A DNA stretch of 64,000 nt from Candidatus Latescibacterota bacterium (GTDB lineage Bacteria > Latescibacterota > UBA2968 > GCA-2709665), in the NCBI GenBank assembly GCA_965208835.1, contig OZ242358.1, positions 4,640,001 to 4,704,000 of the forward strand, written 5' to 3'. Below, one piece after another: positions 29,001-39,281 of this stretch. A program made the position numbers and the translations under genes. Position 1 is the first letter of the stretch, and each line of letters starts with the position of its first letter. The notes below the pieces were generated by a model. The model worked only from the letters and a program-made list of their open reading frames with translations, did not search any database and was not told the origin of the DNA.

Positions 29001-30158
29001 ATGAAGCGGGTTTCGCTGCTAGGGTCGACGGGATCTATCGGCACCAGTACGCTGGACGTACTGGCAGGTCTGCCTGAACGGTTCGAAGTGGAATGCCTCA
29101 GCGCGGGAAGCAACATCGATCTGCTCTGCGATCAGGTCACGCGTTTCAGGCCCAAGCGGGTCTGCGTGGGAGAAGAGTACGCAAGAGACGCGGGCGAGAG
29201 GCGTGAGTTGATGGGTGTGGAGATCTTACACGGTTCCGACGGGCTTCTTGCATTGGCGACCGATTCCGAGGTGGATCTGGTAATCAACGGGCTGGTTGCT
29301 GGGGTAGGGCTGCGGCCAACCCTGGCGGCGGTAGAGTCCGGTAAAGACGTCGCCATTGCAAATAAGGAAACGCTGGTCGTAGCCGGCCATCTGATAACGG
29401 ACCTCGCGGCGCGCAACGGCGTACGGTTGATCCCGCTGGACAGCGAACTCACACCCCTATGGCAGAGCCTTCAGGAAGTTTCGCCTCAGCAGGTGACCCG
29501 CATCGTGCTTTCCGCCTCCGGAGGCCCGTTCTTCGATATGTCGATTGACGAGATGGCCCGCGCGACACCTGACGAGGCCCTCCGTCATCCGACGTGGCGG
29601 ATGGGACCGAAGATCACGATCGATTCCGCGACGTTGATGAACAAGGGTTTCGAGGTGATCGAGTCACGCTGGTTTCTTGGGCTCGACATCGAACAGATCG
29701 ACGTCGTGATTCACAGACAGTCGATCGTGCATTGTCTGGTGGAGTTCCTCGACGGAAGCCTGACCGCTCATCTGAGCCGCCCCGATATGCGCCTGCCCAT
29801 TCAGCAGGCGCTGACCCATCCGGACCGGCTGCCGACTCTCGTCCCTTCGCTGGACCTGGTGTCCACGGGTTCGTTGAGCTTTCACGCGCCGGACCTGGAG
29901 CGGTTTCCCTGTCTTGGGCTTGCGTATGAGGCGTGCCGCGCGGGAGGTACGGCGACGGCGGTACTGAACGCGGCCAACGAGATTGGCGTCTATTCCTTTC
30001 TGGAAGGGCGCATCGGGTTTCTGGATGTGCCGGACGTCGTTCGCCGGACACTCGATGCGCACGACAATACGTCAGGGGCGAATCTGAATGCGGTGTTCGA
30101 AGCGGACCGCTGGGGGCGGGAGAAAGCGCGGGAGGCCGTGGCAGGCCTGAACAGATAG
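29001..30158 (+). CDS. dxr: 1-deoxy-D-xylulose 5-phosphate reductoisomerase
   Basis: LGSTGSIG, ANKE, SGGPF, HPTWRMGPKITIDSATLMNKGFE, NAANE. Confidence 0.97.
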   Translation: MKRVSLLGSTGSIGTSTLDVLAGLPERFEVECLSAGSNIDLLCDQVTRFRPKRVCVGEEYARDAGERRELMGVEILHGSDGLLALATDSEVDLVINGLVAGVGLRPTLAAVESGKDVAIANKETLVVAGHLITDLAARNGVRLIPLDSELTPLWQSLQEVSPQQVTRIVLSASGGPFFDMSIDEMARATPDEALRHPTWRMGPKITIDSATLMNKGFEVIESRWFLGLDIEQIDVVIHRQSIVHCLVEFLDGSLTAHLSRPDMRLPIQQALTHPDRLPTLVPSLDLVSTGSLSFHAPDLERFPCLGLAYEACRAGGTATAVLNAANEIGVYSFLEGRIGFLDVPDVVRRTLDAHDNTSGANLNAVFEADRWGREKAREAVAGLNR

Positions 30159-30183
30159 GCAGAAAAAACAGGAGTTTAGCGCA

Positions 30184-31491
30184 TTGGAATTTCTGGAAAC
30201 CATATTCTATTTCATTCTGGTATTGGGCGTGCTGGTTTTCGTCCACGAATTCGGTCACTTCATCGTGGCCAAAAAGTCGGGCATTCGCGTGGAGCAGTTC
30301 TCGCTGGGATTCCCGCCCAAGGCGTTCGGCATAACGGTTGGCGAGACCGAATATTGCATTTCCTGGCTACCCATCGGAGGGTACGTGAAGGTAGCGGGAA
30401 TGTCGGATTTCGGCAGTGCGGAAGTCAAGCGGGAGCCGTGGGAATTTCAGTCGAAGCCGAGAGGCATTCAGATGGCAGTAATGGTTGCGGGACCCATTAT
30501 GAATTTCCTGCTTGGCTTCATGCTCATTTTGGGGCTGCGTCTGGCCCTGGGTGACTATGTTTTGCAGACGACAAGGATTGGCCGGATCGACGCGACGTCC
30601 CCGTTTTTCGAAGCGGGTCTGCGCGCGGACGACCGCATCCTCGCAGTCGACGGGAACCCGGTTCAGAACTGGAACGTGATGATAGAGGCGTTGAACGCGA
30701 GCGGCGACGCGGATCTCGCTCTGGACGTTGCTCGTGGAAGCGAAGTGCTATCCTTCGCGGTGCCATTCATCTCGGGACAGGAGTTGGGTTTCGATCCATT
30801 CCTGCCTTCGACTGCCGGATCGGTGACGCCTGGCTATCCGGCTGCCAGAGCGGGGATGGAGCCCGGCGACCGTGTGCTGTCGATCGCCGGTGAATCCGTG
30901 AGCGGATGGGACGAGATGAGAGAGAAGATTTCCGCGAGGCCGGGGCTGGAGACAGAGATCCGGTGGTTGCGCGGCGAAGAGGAGATGGCGGCGCGTATCG
31001 CGCCTCAACCCCAGCAGGGCGGGGGGCGAACCATCGGTGTGATCGGCATCGGCCCGTCCTTTGAGCCGAGGGCGCGGGTGCCGGTGACGATCGCTACCGC
31101 CGTTGAACGCAGCGGACGTGACCTCGTGGGCTACACCACGCTCATTTTCACGTTAATCAAACGCCTGGTCCTTGGTGAGATTTCAGGAAGGATGATCGCG
31201 GGACCGGTCGGCATCGCACAAATGGCGGGAAGCAAAGCGCGCGAAGGGTGGGAAGCATTGCTTGACTTCATGGCGATGTTGAGTATCAACCTCGCCGTCC
31301 TGAACCTGTTGCCGATTCCAGCGCTGGACGGAGGTCATCTGATGATCCTGAGCGTGGAAGCCATAACGCGACGGTCGCTTTCCACACGTCAGAAAGAGCG
31401 GCTCCAGCAGATCGGGTTCGTTTTTCTGCTCGGACTTATGGTGTACGTGACTTTCGGTGACATCGGCCGGATCTGGGGTCTGTTCTACTGA
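30184..31491 (+). CDS. rseP: Intramembrane zinc metalloprotease RseP (two PDZ domains)
   Basis: HEFGH, PIGGYV, AGPIMN, NLLPIPALDGG; TTG start after AGGAG. Confidence 0.96.
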   Translation: MEFLETIFYFILVLGVLVFVHEFGHFIVAKKSGIRVEQFSLGFPPKAFGITVGETEYCISWLPIGGYVKVAGMSDFGSAEVKREPWEFQSKPRGIQMAVMVAGPIMNFLLGFMLILGLRLALGDYVLQTTRIGRIDATSPFFEAGLRADDRILAVDGNPVQNWNVMIEALNASGDADLALDVARGSEVLSFAVPFISGQELGFDPFLPSTAGSVTPGYPAARAGMEPGDRVLSIAGESVSGWDEMREKISARPGLETEIRWLRGEEEMAARIAPQPQQGGGRTIGVIGIGPSFEPRARVPVTIATAVERSGRDLVGYTTLIFTLIKRLVLGEISGRMIAGPVGIAQMAGSKAREGWEALLDFMAMLSINLAVLNLLPIPALDGGHLMILSVEAITRRSLSTRQKERLQQIGFVFLLGLMVYVTFGDIGRIWGLFY

Positions 31492-31518
31492 GCCGGACCG
31501 GTCTGCTTCGTAATTGCG

Positions 31519-31561
31519 AAAAAATGAGGGCGGGTTTTCGAACCCGCCCTCATTTTTTTTT
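31519..31561. terminator. Bidirectional intrinsic terminator
   Basis: AAAAAATGAGGGCGGGTT-TTCG-AACCCGCCCTCATTTTTT between convergent genes. Confidence 0.92.
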
Positions 31562-31915
31562 GTCCGCCCTGCGCCGGCTGCCAGTGGTTCTTCTCTTCGC
31601 GGTCTTCTTCCAGTGAACGAAAATGCTGTCGGCTTCGAGGGTGTCCATCAGACTGGCGGTCAGCGCCTCCAGGGCTCCGGGGTTTGACTTCCATGTTGCG
31701 GTAAGCCGTTCGAGGTCCTTTTCGGTGAATCCGATTTCCGCAAGAACGGCCTTTCGCTTGCTGGCGAGACTGTCGGGATGTTCCGCATACCGTTTGTGCA
31801 GGTGGATGACCTGGAGAACGACGTGTGCCAGTTGGCGTTCGTCGGGTGCGGATCCATTCCGTGCCGTACACGCCAGAATTCCGAAGAACAGGAGCATTGG
31901 TATCGTCCGTTTCAT
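31550..31915 (-). CDS. Putative lipoprotein (DUF4296-like)
   Basis: MKRTIPMLLFFGILAC lipobox; small helical domain; divergent from mraZ. Confidence 0.6.
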   Translation of the reverse strand: MKRTIPMLLFFGILACTARNGSAPDERQLAHVVLQVIHLHKRYAEHPDSLASKRKAVLAEIGFTEKDLERLTATWKSNPGALEALTASLMDTLEADSIFVHWKKTAKRRTTGSRRRADKKK

Positions 31916-32144
31916 TTCGAGAAAGATATCCGTACAAGACGGAGAGGTCAAGGCACAACAGCCCGCAATGCAGACAGCGGCCGGAAAGCGCGTGCGCCTC
32001 TGCACAACATCTGGTATTAATTTCGCGCCTTCCGCTCCATACCCACCACATTTTCCCGGGATGCGTGGTTCTGCCGTGTACATGCACACATGGTCACGGG
32101 GTTGTTTTTTTTAGAGATATGGGAAAAAATCGCCTAGAAATCCC

Positions 32145-32173
32145 TTGACTTTTGTATGTCCTGGCCCTAATTT
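32145..32173 (+). promoter_or_regulatory. dcw (Pmra) promoter
   Basis: TTGACT-17 nt-TAATTT directly before the MraZ boxes. Confidence 0.7.
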
Positions 32174-32175
32174 TG

Positions 32176-32201
32176 GTGGTGGAAAGTGGTGGAAAGTGGT
32201 G
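32176..32201 (+). promoter_or_regulatory. MraZ binding repeats
   Basis: Three GTGGTG units at 10-bp period (GTGGTGGAAA x2, GTGGTG) upstream of mraZ, like the known GTGG(G)-N5 boxes. Confidence 0.85.
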
Positions 32202-32375
32202 TATCAGGGAGGACACGGAAGTTTCCGAAGACATCGATTGAGGAGGACAAGCCCCGGCAAGTCAGTCGGGGCTTTTCTCCCGATTCTGTTCCTGGCGGGA
32301 GCGCCTTCGAAACGCCTCTGTTGTCAATCGTGGATCATGCCGATGTAGAAGCTGTTTAACCTCCGAGCGCCACCC

Positions 32376-32831
32376 ATGTCGGACGAAACGCCATTGTTCA
32401 TTGGAGAATATGAGGATATTCCCGTCGATAACAAGGGTCGGCTGATTGTCCCCGCCGCCATTCGCCGGGTATTGCCTACTCATGTGACTTCACTCGTCAT
32501 TGCCAGGTGGTTCGACGGCTGCCTGGCCGGATTCGACCCCATTGGGTGGCAACAGGTTTTGCAGCAGATAAGGGACGGGAGCCACAAAGGCAGGGTAAAA
32601 CGTCAGATCGCACGTTGGGTGATGGGGGGCGCCGCGGAGACGAGAATCGACCGGCAGGGGCGTCTGCTGGTACCCCGTAAGCTGCTCGATACATCTGAAA
32701 TCTCGGATCGTGCGACGCTCAGCGGCGTGGGCAACAGGATAGAAATCTGGAATCCTGAGCGATACACGGCGGATATGAGCGACGTCGGCGAGAATCTGGA
32801 AGCATTCGCCGAAGACCTCGACATTCTCTAG
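32376..32831 (+). CDS. mraZ: Transcriptional regulator MraZ
   Basis: FIGEY, VDNKGRLIVP, IDRQGRLLVP, GVGNRIEIW. Confidence 0.96.
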   Translation: MSDETPLFIGEYEDIPVDNKGRLIVPAAIRRVLPTHVTSLVIARWFDGCLAGFDPIGWQQVLQQIRDGSHKGRVKRQIARWVMGGAAETRIDRQGRLLVPRKLLDTSEISDRATLSGVGNRIEIWNPERYTADMSDVGENLEAFAEDLDIL

Positions 32832-32841
32832 TATTTCGTCA

Positions 32842-33777
32842 ATGTCCGGGGCCGCGGAATTCCATACACCGGTTTTGGGACCGGAAACTGCCCTTCAGGT
32901 GGTCAACGACCCGAACGGTGTGTACGTCGATGGCACGGTAGGAGGCGGGGGCCACGCTGAGCATATGCTGGAGCGGATGGGCAGGCGTGGACGACTGATT
33001 GGAATTGATCGGGATCCAGAGGCGGTTCAGGCCGCCGCCCTTCGGCTGCGGCGATTCTCCGAACGGCTGGACATCATCGAGGCGTCTTATCGGGAACTGC
33101 CGGGGGTCCTGGAAAAATTGGAGGTCGATCGGATCTCGGGCGCGCTCTTCGACCTCGGCGTTTCTTCCCATCAGATCGATGAGCCCTCCCGCGGTTTCAG
33201 CTACCTGCGAAACGGGCCCCTGGATATGCGTATGGGACCCGACGCACTCCGGTCGGCGAAGGACATTGTGAATGCCTACTCTCAGAAGGAGCTGACCCGG
33301 ATTTTCAGGGACTTCGGAGAAGAACGCGTCTCCGGGCGGATCGCCCGGGCCATTTGCCGCCGGCGGGTCCGACAGCCGTTGAAAGACACATCCGAACTGG
33401 CAGCGCTGATTTCGGAGACCACGCCGGGATCTCAAACCACGAAAACCCTTGCCAGGATCTTCCAGGCGATCAGGATTGAGGTAAACGGCGAACTGGATCA
33501 GCTTCACGAAACACTTGAGTACACAATCGGCAAGTTGACGAGTGCCGGACGTATCGGCGTTCTATCCTATCACTCTCTTGAAGATCGTACGGTAAAGAAG
33601 GTCTTTCGTTCGGCTGCTCTGGGTTGCGTCTGCCCGCCGAATCTACCCGTTTGCGGATGTGGACGGATCCCGCAAGTGCGGGTGCTGGCCCCCGGAGGCA
33701 TACGACCGGAACCGGAAGAGCGCCAGCACAACCCGCGATCCAGAAGTGCGACGTTGAGGGTTGCGGAGAGATTGTAA
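32842..33777 (+). CDS. rsmH: 16S rRNA m4C1402 methyltransferase
   Basis: HTPVL, DGTVGGGGH, DLGVSSHQ, PLDMRM, FQAIRIEVNGEL, HSLEDR, NPRSRSA. Confidence 0.98.
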   Translation: MSGAAEFHTPVLGPETALQVVNDPNGVYVDGTVGGGGHAEHMLERMGRRGRLIGIDRDPEAVQAAALRLRRFSERLDIIEASYRELPGVLEKLEVDRISGALFDLGVSSHQIDEPSRGFSYLRNGPLDMRMGPDALRSAKDIVNAYSQKELTRIFRDFGEERVSGRIARAICRRRVRQPLKDTSELAALISETTPGSQTTKTLARIFQAIRIEVNGELDQLHETLEYTIGKLTSAGRIGVLSYHSLEDRTVKKVFRSAALGCVCPPNLPVCGCGRIPQVRVLAPGGIRPEPEERQHNPRSRSATLRVAERL

Positions 33778-33783
33778 GGTTAA

Positions 33784-33867
33784 GAAGGTGTCTTAAAATT
33801 CCCAGCGGTCTTCGCACGGCTGCAAAAGCGACGGTCGGGAGCTCACCGGTAATTTTAAGACAGCCTT
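33784..33867. mobile_element. MITE-like element family A, internally deleted copy A2
   Basis: TIRs GAAGGTGTCTTAAAATT / AATTTTAAGACAGCCTT; flanked by TAA...TAA duplication. Confidence 0.85.
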
Positions 33868-33891
33868 TAACGGTCTGGAGTGACTTGGTGA

Positions 33892-34230
33892 ATGCATATG
33901 AATACCCGTTCCGATATGAAGACGTCGGGTGGTTATCGATACGTACTCCTTACCCTGGCGCTCGTCGTTCTGGGTCTTCTGGGTTATCTGTGGGCCCAGG
34001 CGCAGACCGTAAGGCAGGGTGACGATATCTCGCGGCTTCGAATCGAACACCAGCAGCTTCTCCGGCAGCAGGAGCGTCTCCGGGCGGAAATCTCGGGACT
34101 CCGAAGAAGCAGCAGAATCCGGGAGATCGCCACCAACAGACTTGGGATGGTATTTCCTCAGGGACCGCCGCAGAATCTCTACCTGGGTCGGCACCCGGAC
34201 CACCACGCTCTTTCCGACCACAAAAACTGA
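33892..34230 (+). CDS. ftsL: Cell division protein FtsL
   Basis: TM + leucine zipper + RIREIATNRLGMVFP; between rsmH and ftsI. Confidence 0.88.
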   Translation: MHMNTRSDMKTSGGYRYVLLTLALVVLGLLGYLWAQAQTVRQGDDISRLRIEHQQLLRQQERLRAEISGLRRSSRIREIATNRLGMVFPQGPPQNLYLGRHPDHHALSDHKN

Positions 34231-34233
34231 ACC

Positions 34234-36330
34234 ATGCGGATAGAAGTGCGCCACATTCGCCGGCAGAAAGCCATCTGCCTGCTGGGCGGTATCTTCGTTC
34301 TGATCTTGACCTGCAGACTGGCTGCGCTTCAGGTGTGGACGGGTGACGTTTACAGCGCCCGTGCGAAGAGGCAGCACGAAATGCGGACTGTATTGCAGGC
34401 GAACCGCGGTCGTATTCTGGACCGCAAGGGCAGGCTGCTCGCAACGAACCTGGAAGCCCAATCGTTCTTTGTCAACAAGGTTGCCGGGTTGGACAGCCTC
34501 CGTTCCATCGCCGTGCGGTTTTCCGGTCGCGATGGCGCGGAGAATGCCGCGCTGCTGCGACGGCTGCAAGAGAAGCGTTTTGTCTGGCTGGCTCGAAAGG
34601 TGTTCAGCGACCCGCGACAGGATCCGCTGCCGAAGGGTGTCGGTCGCATTGTCGAGATGAGGCGAACCTATCCGATGGGAGAGCTTGCCGGACAGGTTCT
34701 GGGGTACACCGACATCGACAATCTGGGCATCGAGGGCGTGGAGCTGGCTTGCAATTTGCTGCTGGAGGGCGAACACGGGGATATGACGTCCAGGCGGGAC
34801 GCGCGCGGCGAAGCACTGGGCGCCTTGGGCGTTGTGAGGAGAATGCCCGAGGACGGCGAGGATGTGATGTTGACCCTGGACGTCGATTATCAGTCGATCG
34901 TCGAAGAGGAGTTGGCTGCCGCGGTGTCGCAATTCCGGGCGGTAAACGGTATTGTTGTCGTCACCTCGCCCCGGTCAGGTGAAATCCTGGCAATGGCCAA
35001 TGTGCCGCTGTACGATCCCAATCACTTCGGCAAATACGATGCGGCGTTCCGGCGCAATCGCGCGGTGACCGATATCTTTGAGCCGGGATCCACGTTCAAG
35101 GCGATCGCTGTAGCGGGGGGGTTGGAGGAAGGCCTCTGGCGCCGGGAGGATCGGATCTTTTGTGAGTTCGGACGGATGCAGGTTCCCGGCGGCGTGATTC
35201 GAGACACACATCCGTGTGGATGGCTGACGGTCCAGCAGGTTGTCGAAGAGTCCAGCAACATCGGTACCGTGAAAATCGCCCGGAAACTGGAACAGGCGGG
35301 TCTGTATAAATATGTCCGGCTCTTCGGATTTGGAAACAAGACAACCGTGGACCTGCCGGGTGAAGTGGCCGGAAACGTGAAAAAACCGACACGATGGTCC
35401 GGAAGAACGCTGGCGTCAATGTCGATCGGACAGGAAATCGGCGTAACGGCATTGCAGATGGCGATGGCTTACGGCGCAATCGCCAACGGCGGTCGCCTAA
35501 TGGCCCCGCGCATCTATCGCCGCCGATCGCCGGACGGTGTCTGGGAGTCCAAACGGCCCCATGTGCTGCGCGACGTCGTCTCCGAGGAGACGGCAGGAAA
35601 CATCGCCGAAATCCTCGAAGGGGTGGTTCTGCGAGGCACGGGCAAAAACGCACAGGTACCAGGTTATCGCGTGGCTGGAAAAACGGGCACTGCGCAGAGG
35701 GCAAAGGAGGGTGGAAGGGGCTATGATCCAAACCGGTATGTTTCCTCGTTCATCGGCTTTTTGCCGGTAGAGCGCGCCGAGTTCGTATGTATCGTGATTG
35801 TGGACAGCCCGAAGGGTATTCGCTGGGGCAGCAAGGTGGCGGCGCCGGTTTTCAGCCGCATCATGCAACGCATACTGAGTCTGCGGGACACGGAAATGCG
35901 ACACCGGGCAGTGGCTGAATCCCGGGGGGACGAAGCCGACAAGGCATCCAGGCCCGTATTGGCGGGATTGACCCGCAAGATAGCGAAACGGGTAATGGAT
36001 CGACAAGGTATCGAGCCGATCCAGGTGCACGAGGGCTCACGATTATCGGTCGGCCCTCGAGCCCGGTCGACCGGGAACCTTGAATCGCGGCACGAGGCCG
36101 TTGAAGCAGACTCCGGGAAGACCGGGGATTATATCGCGACGCCCAATGTGTTGGGAGTTCCATTGCGCCAGGCTGTGGTACAATTGACATCGTCAGGATT
36201 GGCGGTTAGCGCCTCGGGCAGCGGGCGAGTCGTCTCTCAGACCCCCGGCGCCGGGATGCCGGTTGCCCGCGGCACGACCTGCAACGTCGTATGCAGCCCG
36301 CAGCACACGCCAATTCCGAACGACCTGTGA
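34234..36330 (+). CDS. ftsI: Class B penicillin-binding protein FtsI with C-terminal PASTA
   Basis: RGRILDRKG, RTYPMG, EPGSTFK (SxxK), SSNIG (SxN), KTGTAQ. Confidence 0.96.
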   Translation: MRIEVRHIRRQKAICLLGGIFVLILTCRLAALQVWTGDVYSARAKRQHEMRTVLQANRGRILDRKGRLLATNLEAQSFFVNKVAGLDSLRSIAVRFSGRDGAENAALLRRLQEKRFVWLARKVFSDPRQDPLPKGVGRIVEMRRTYPMGELAGQVLGYTDIDNLGIEGVELACNLLLEGEHGDMTSRRDARGEALGALGVVRRMPEDGEDVMLTLDVDYQSIVEEELAAAVSQFRAVNGIVVVTSPRSGEILAMANVPLYDPNHFGKYDAAFRRNRAVTDIFEPGSTFKAIAVAGGLEEGLWRREDRIFCEFGRMQVPGGVIRDTHPCGWLTVQQVVEESSNIGTVKIARKLEQAGLYKYVRLFGFGNKTTVDLPGEVAGNVKKPTRWSGRTLASMSIGQEIGVTALQMAMAYGAIANGGRLMAPRIYRRRSPDGVWESKRPHVLRDVVSEETAGNIAEILEGVVLRGTGKNAQVPGYRVAGKTGTAQRAKEGGRGYDPNRYVSSFIGFLPVERAEFVCIVIVDSPKGIRWGSKVAAPVFSRIMQRILSLRDTEMRHRAVAESRGDEADKASRPVLAGLTRKIAKRVMDRQGIEPIQVHEGSRLSVGPRARSTGNLESRHEAVEADSGKTGDYIATPNVLGVPLRQAVVQLTSSGLAVSASGSGRVVSQTPGAGMPVARGTTCNVVCSPQHTPIPNDL

Positions 36331-36343
36331 CAAAAGCCATGTT

Positions 36344-37789
36344 ATGCGGCTGGTCGACTTCATTTGCCGGATTCCTGGAGCGCAAAGGCTTCATCCGGGC
36401 AATCCCCGGGTTACGGGTCTCGCCACGGATTCGCGCAAGGTTCGACCGGGCGACTTGTTCGTCGCCATCAGAGGCGGACAGCTTGAAGACCGGCATGACT
36501 TCGTACCGCAGGCGATCGCTGCAGGGGCCGTGGCGGTTGTTGTTGAAGAGCCGGTCCAGGCGGACATAGCCGTTGTCCGGGTGCCGTCAACGCGGGAGGC
36601 GCTGGGCGTATTCGCGGAACATTTCTACGGGTCGCCGTCGCGAAAGCTGCGGATGGTGGGCGTAACGGGGACAAACGGGAAAACCACGACGGCAATGCTG
36701 ATACACGCGTCGCTGGAGGCAGCCGCCGGCGATTGCGGGTTGATCGGGACGGTTGAAACCCGGGTGGGTGGCCGCCGGATGCCGTCGTACATCGGAACTC
36801 CTGAAGCGCACGACCTGCAGCGGTTGTTGAAGAAAATGACGGACAGCGGCTGCACAGCGGCCGTGATGGAAGTTACGTCGCATGGGCTGGCACTCGACCG
36901 CGTATACGGTATCGCGTTCAATACAGCGGTTTTTACGAATTTTTCTCGGGACCATCTGGATTTCCATGGTTCGTTGGAGTCCTACCTGGCCGCCAAGAAG
37001 CTGCTCTTTGACAACTTGAACCCGGATGCGCGTGCGGTGGTCAACGCGGACGACGTGGCGACCGGCCGCCTGTTGAGCAACTGTTGCGCGACAGTTGTGT
37101 CATACGGCCGATCCACGACCGCCGACGTACGAATCGAAAACGCGGAAACAGACGATCGCGGGACCCGCATGGACCTGGAAACGAGATGGGGATCGCTGGA
37201 ACTCAACCTGGCGCTGCGGGGCCGTTTCCATCAGATGAACGCCGCCGCTGCGATTGCGGCGGGGCTGGCAATGGATGTCGACGCGGAAACGATTGCCGAT
37301 GCCATCCGGGACGTACAGGTGCCTGGCCGTTTCGAGAGCATTCAGGAAGGGCAGGATTTCAGTGTGATTGTGGACTACGCGCATACACCGGACGCGCTTG
37401 GAAATGTCCTTCGGGCCGCCCGCGAGTTTACGGAAGGCCGATTGATCTGCGTGTTTGGATGCGGCGGCGATCGTGATCGCGGAAAGCGCCCGCAAATGGG
37501 ACGGATTTCCGCGCGGATGTCCGATCTGACCATCGTGACTTCTGACAATCCCAGGACCGAAGCCCCGGACTCGATTCTCAGAGACATCGTGGCGGGAGTC
37601 GGCGGTGCGGACCACCTCGTGGAAGTTGACCGACGGAAGGCGATTTCACTGGCCATTGAAAACGCTTCCGGCGGCGATCTTGTCGTCATTGCGGGCAAGG
37701 GACATGAAGATTACCAGGATATCGGCGGACGGAAGATCCACTTTGACGACCGGCTGGTCGCAAGGGACATCCTGAGCGGCCGGGTATGA
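36344..37789 (+). CDS. murE: UDP-MurNAc-Ala-Glu:meso-DAP ligase
   Basis: GVTGTNGKTT, MEVTSH, DHLDFH, DYAHTPD, DNPR (meso-DAP motif), AGKGHE. Confidence 0.97.
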   Translation: MRLVDFICRIPGAQRLHPGNPRVTGLATDSRKVRPGDLFVAIRGGQLEDRHDFVPQAIAAGAVAVVVEEPVQADIAVVRVPSTREALGVFAEHFYGSPSRKLRMVGVTGTNGKTTTAMLIHASLEAAAGDCGLIGTVETRVGGRRMPSYIGTPEAHDLQRLLKKMTDSGCTAAVMEVTSHGLALDRVYGIAFNTAVFTNFSRDHLDFHGSLESYLAAKKLLFDNLNPDARAVVNADDVATGRLLSNCCATVVSYGRSTTADVRIENAETDDRGTRMDLETRWGSLELNLALRGRFHQMNAAAAIAAGLAMDVDAETIADAIRDVQVPGRFESIQEGQDFSVIVDYAHTPDALGNVLRAAREFTEGRLICVFGCGGDRDRGKRPQMGRISARMSDLTIVTSDNPRTEAPDSILRDIVAGVGGADHLVEVDRRKAISLAIENASGGDLVVIAGKGHEDYQDIGGRKIHFDDRLVARDILSGRV

Positions 37790-37847
37790 CCGGAATCCAG
37801 TTGCCAAGGGGATACAGACTCCCGGACCTTCACCCGGATTGCTGCGT

Positions 37848-39281
37848 ATGGAAGGGATGACACTCGTTGAAGCGGCCGATGCAATGGGCGGAGAGCTCGT
37901 TGGCGCCGTCGATCCTGCAATCTGTCCAGTTGGAGGCTGCATCGACTCACGAGTGTTGAATGCGGGGGAACTGTTCTTCGCACTTGAAGGAGAGCGCGCA
38001 AACGGAAATCGGGATGGACATCGTTTTGTGGAAGATGCCCTCGAGAAGGGTGCATCGGCGGCTGTCGTCTCGAGGCACTGGGCTGAAGACCGGAAACGCC
38101 GAAGCCTGTCCGGAACGATGATCGTCGTCGAGACACCAGGCACGGCGCTTGGCGCTCTCGGAAGAACGTACCGCCGGCGTTTCCGGATTCCGGTGGTGGG
38201 CATTACCGGCAGCAGTGGAAAGACAACCACCAAGGATATGGCTGCCGCCGTGCTGAGCACCCGGTACCGAGTGCTGGCTACGGAAGGCAACCTGAACAAC
38301 TGGCTTGGAGTCCCGCTGACCCTGCTGCGACTCTCGAAAACCTGCGAAGCCGCAGTGATCGAAATGGGCATCAGCGAACACGGCGGATTGAAATACCTGT
38401 GTGAAATTGCCGATCCTACGATCGGCGTCATTACCAATATCGGACCTGCACATCTGGAGTTTTTAGGCTCTGTAGAGGGGGTGGCCAAAGCCAAAGGGGA
38501 ACTCCTGGATCATCTTGAAGAGTCTTCAATGGCTATCTTGAATCTCGATGACCTGTTCGTGTCCAAGGAGCGAGCAAGACTAAAGGGGAGACTCCTGGGC
38601 TTTGGTATCGAGAAGATATGTCAGTTTCGTGGGGAGGGACTTGTCATAGACCAGGAGGGCTGCGGTCATTTCTCTCTGCAGGGCCGTTTTTTTCATCTGG
38701 CTGTTCCCGGCCGGCATCACGTGTACAACGCACTTGCCGCAACGGCGGTGGGCGCGGCACTGGATGTGCCGGTTGAACAGGCCGCTAAAGCGCTCGGCGC
38801 GTTTCGGCCTTCGAAGCTGCGCGGCCAGATCGTCGAATGGAACGGAATCCGTCTATTAAACGACACGTACAATGCCAATCCGGCCTCGATGCGGGCGGCC
38901 CTGGAAACGCTGGCGCGGATGTCCGTCTCGGAAGGCGGGCGCCGGGTGGCTGTGCTGGGCGATATGCTGGAACTGGGCGCGTCGGCCGTTCAGAGCCACG
39001 AGCGTCTTGGAGAACTTGCCGCCGGTATCGGGATGGACGCCATCTTTGCGCTCGGCGACATGTCAGGTCACGTGTCCCGGGGGGGCATATCGGGAGGTCT
39101 GCCTTCCGACAGGTCGCGGGCATTCAAAGACCGTGAATCCCTGGTGACGGATCTCAGGGCATTTCTCAAACCGGGCGATCTCGTACTGATGAAGGGCTCT
39201 CGCGGCGTGGCGATGGAGACAACCGCGGAAGCACTGGGATTCGAGACAACTTCTGAACGAAGCCATGCCGTCGAGGGATGA
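37848..39281 (+). CDS. murF: UDP-MurNAc-tripeptide:D-Ala-D-Ala ligase
   Basis: GITGSSGKTTTK, GNLNNWLGVP, DTYNANP, GDMLELG, KGSRG. Confidence 0.97.
   Translation: MEGMTLVEAADAMGGELVGAVDPAICPVGGCIDSRVLNAGELFFALEGERANGNRDGHRFVEDALEKGASAAVVSRHWAEDRKRRSLSGTMIVVETPGTALGALGRTYRRRFRIPVVGITGSSGKTTTKDMAAAVLSTRYRVLATEGNLNNWLGVPLTLLRLSKTCEAAVIEMGISEHGGLKYLCEIADPTIGVITNIGPAHLEFLGSVEGVAKAKGELLDHLEESSMAILNLDDLFVSKERARLKGRLLGFGIEKICQFRGEGLVIDQEGCGHFSLQGRFFHLAVPGRHHVYNALAATAVGAALDVPVEQAAKALGAFRPSKLRGQIVEWNGIRLLNDTYNANPASMRAALETLARMSVSEGGRRVAVLGDMLELGASAVQSHERLGELAAGIGMDAIFALGDMSGHVSRGGISGGLPSDRSRAFKDRESLVTDLRAFLKPGDLVLMKGSRGVAMETTAEALGFETTSERSHAVEG

Noticed and set aside
32002-32057. NrdR-box-like GCACAACATCTGGTA with a weak partner at 32043
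   Set aside because: Second box is poor and there is no nrd gene nearby; the partner may instead be an inverted MraZ box
32176-32201. Short tandem repeat as CRISPR or contingency locus
   Set aside because: 10-bp period with no spacers; explained as MraZ boxes
32348-32359. Solo family-A-like end GAAGCTGTTTAA (also B-like CAGTCCGCT after the stop at 63497)
   Set aside because: Too short and with no partner end
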